Assembly (NCBI GenBank): GCA_030295235.1
Contig: AP026125.1
Location: 248,001 to 312,000, forward strand
DNA: 64,000 nucleotides
From: Fistulifera solaris
Taxonomy: Eukaryota
Reading direction: 5' to 3'
Part shown: positions 62,690 through 64,000 of the stretch, piece after piece
Position numbering within the stretch: position 1 is the stretch's first letter
Layout of the letters: each line of letters starts with the position of its first letter
Notes under the pieces: generated by a model
Told to the model about the DNA's origin: nothing
Database searches by the model: none
Seen by the model: only the letters and a program-made list of their open reading frames with translations
Program-made: the position numbers and the translations under genes

Positions 62690-64000
62690 CTAACGGAGAG
62701 AAGTTTCAATAGCTTTTTTGCGATTTGGGCTATCATTGAAACAAGCCATGATAAGTTTTGATAGCTCAGGGGCGCTGATACTCCTGAATAGACCTTCTGA
62801 TAGGTTCGTCTCGATATCTGCTAGAGACATATCCATGAATCGTCCAATAGCAAAGAACCTATCCATGAGTTGAGATCCAGTTCTATCCCCCCTCAGTCAT
62901 GTTATCAACTTCTTTGACAACTTTTTCAAACTGAGCGTTGACGAATTGACAAGCGGGTGTGCTGATATCCGAAGCCTTCATGATCTGGTCGAGCAAGAGA
63001 GAAAACAGAACATCAGCTAGATATCCAATCGAGCGCGTCAGAACATCATAGGAAAGTACGGGTCTCCAAGCCTTATTGAGATGTCCGAGGTGGTAAAGAC
63101 CTGCAGCGACAGCAGCTTCCGCTTCGGACCATTCTGAAACAATTTCATCCGATCTCAGCGATTCCCCTAACATCGCAATCGGTTTGCCTACAAGTTCCAC
63201 GATCTGCTTCGCTTGAATATCCAGCATTTCACCCATTGATCGCTCCGCAAGGTCTCGGAACAAAGGAACCATATCCACAAAGATACACGTTTGCTGAAGA
63301 AGATTCCCTTGTGGAGTTTTTGCATCGTCGGTGTACCGCTCGCGGTACTCAAGACCAAGGCTTAAACAGTTGTGAGCGATAAAGACACAATCATTGTGAA
63401 GAATCGCAGCTGTCCTCGGAACGTGAGCGATTTCATGACCATGGGTAACGGGAATGATGGCTCGAAACAACTCCAATACTTCGCGAGCTGTACGATACAA
63501 CGTGGCCTGTAAGGCAGCCAGGGATGTGCTGCACTCGTTTGGTACTGGCGCGGCAGATTCATCCATGGTCCTTCGACATAGCTTCATGATTTGAGCAGCA
63601 GTATCGGAGATGCTTGATTTTTGTAATCGAAAGACAGCCATGCCGTCCGAGAGACCAAGGCGTTTGTCATCTTTATCCGGTCGTACGTCTACACCGACTT
63701 CAACCGTGTTGTGGTAGTCATTGTTGAGCAAAAGACGTCGTGCCTCGTTGAGAATTGTGCAACGACGCTTTTCGACATACTTTGCTTCAAAGTTTGCCGC
63801 AAAAGACGACAAGCTAGGCTCTCCTTTTCCGAAATCAACTGCAGAGAAACAAGAGCATCATGAAACGTGGACAAGAACGACTCAAACTCCGAAGCGATTG
63901 CTTTCAAAGAATGAAACTCCTCCGGCAACAGGTGCGTGGGAATGCTTGATTTTTCTAAAGCGTCAACGAGCAACTCGCGTAAAATACCATTATCAATCCC
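62690..64000 (-). CDS. ZW10: Kinetochore/ER-tethering protein ZW10, 3' part (5' end outside the window); frameshifts near 63810 and 62890
   Basis: VPRTAAILHNDCVFIAHNCL, FVDMVPLFR, AWRPVL, DIS; the shifted frame gives MSLADI..ELSKLIMACFNDSPNR. Confidence 0.85.

Noticed and set aside
39325..64000. Mps1 and ZW10 as a spindle-checkpoint gene cluster
   Set aside because: More than 20 kb apart with many unrelated genes between them; chance is sufficient.

Overview
Gene-dense eukaryotic nuclear DNA, most likely from a diatom (inferred from short GT-AG introns, bipartite plastid-targeting presequences, RxL-motif secreted proteins and double-domain HSFs). I can support about 35 protein-coding genes and two tRNA genes (initiator tRNA-Met and tRNA-His). 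Recognisable genes include RPN11, an Mps1/TTK kinase, ZW10 (partial), threonine synthase, LipB, membralin, a giant HECT E3 ligase, Mpv17/PMP22, CRAL-TRIO, PAP-fibrillin, prolyl 4-hydroxylase, GT23- and GT32-type glycosyltransferases and a Gmm-like Nudix hydrolase. Many genes are broken by single-base frameshifts, mostly at homopolymers, which points to assembly indel errors. The most unusual observations are: a Lin0512-family domain fused to two HSF DNA-binding domains; a 93-aa stand-alone protein resembling the N-terminus of the histone mRNA processing factor FLASH/CASP8AP2; a group of RxL-motif surface proteins, including a tandem His-rich/Asp-rich paralog pair; a roughly 230-nt structured non-coding island at 21.1-21.3 kb; SIVA-like and XRCC4-like genes; an aquaporin-like gene without NPA motifs; and a possible GDP-sugar gene neighbourhood. 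No CRISPR array, rRNA or transposon was seen. All family calls come from motif recognition by eye, not from database searches.
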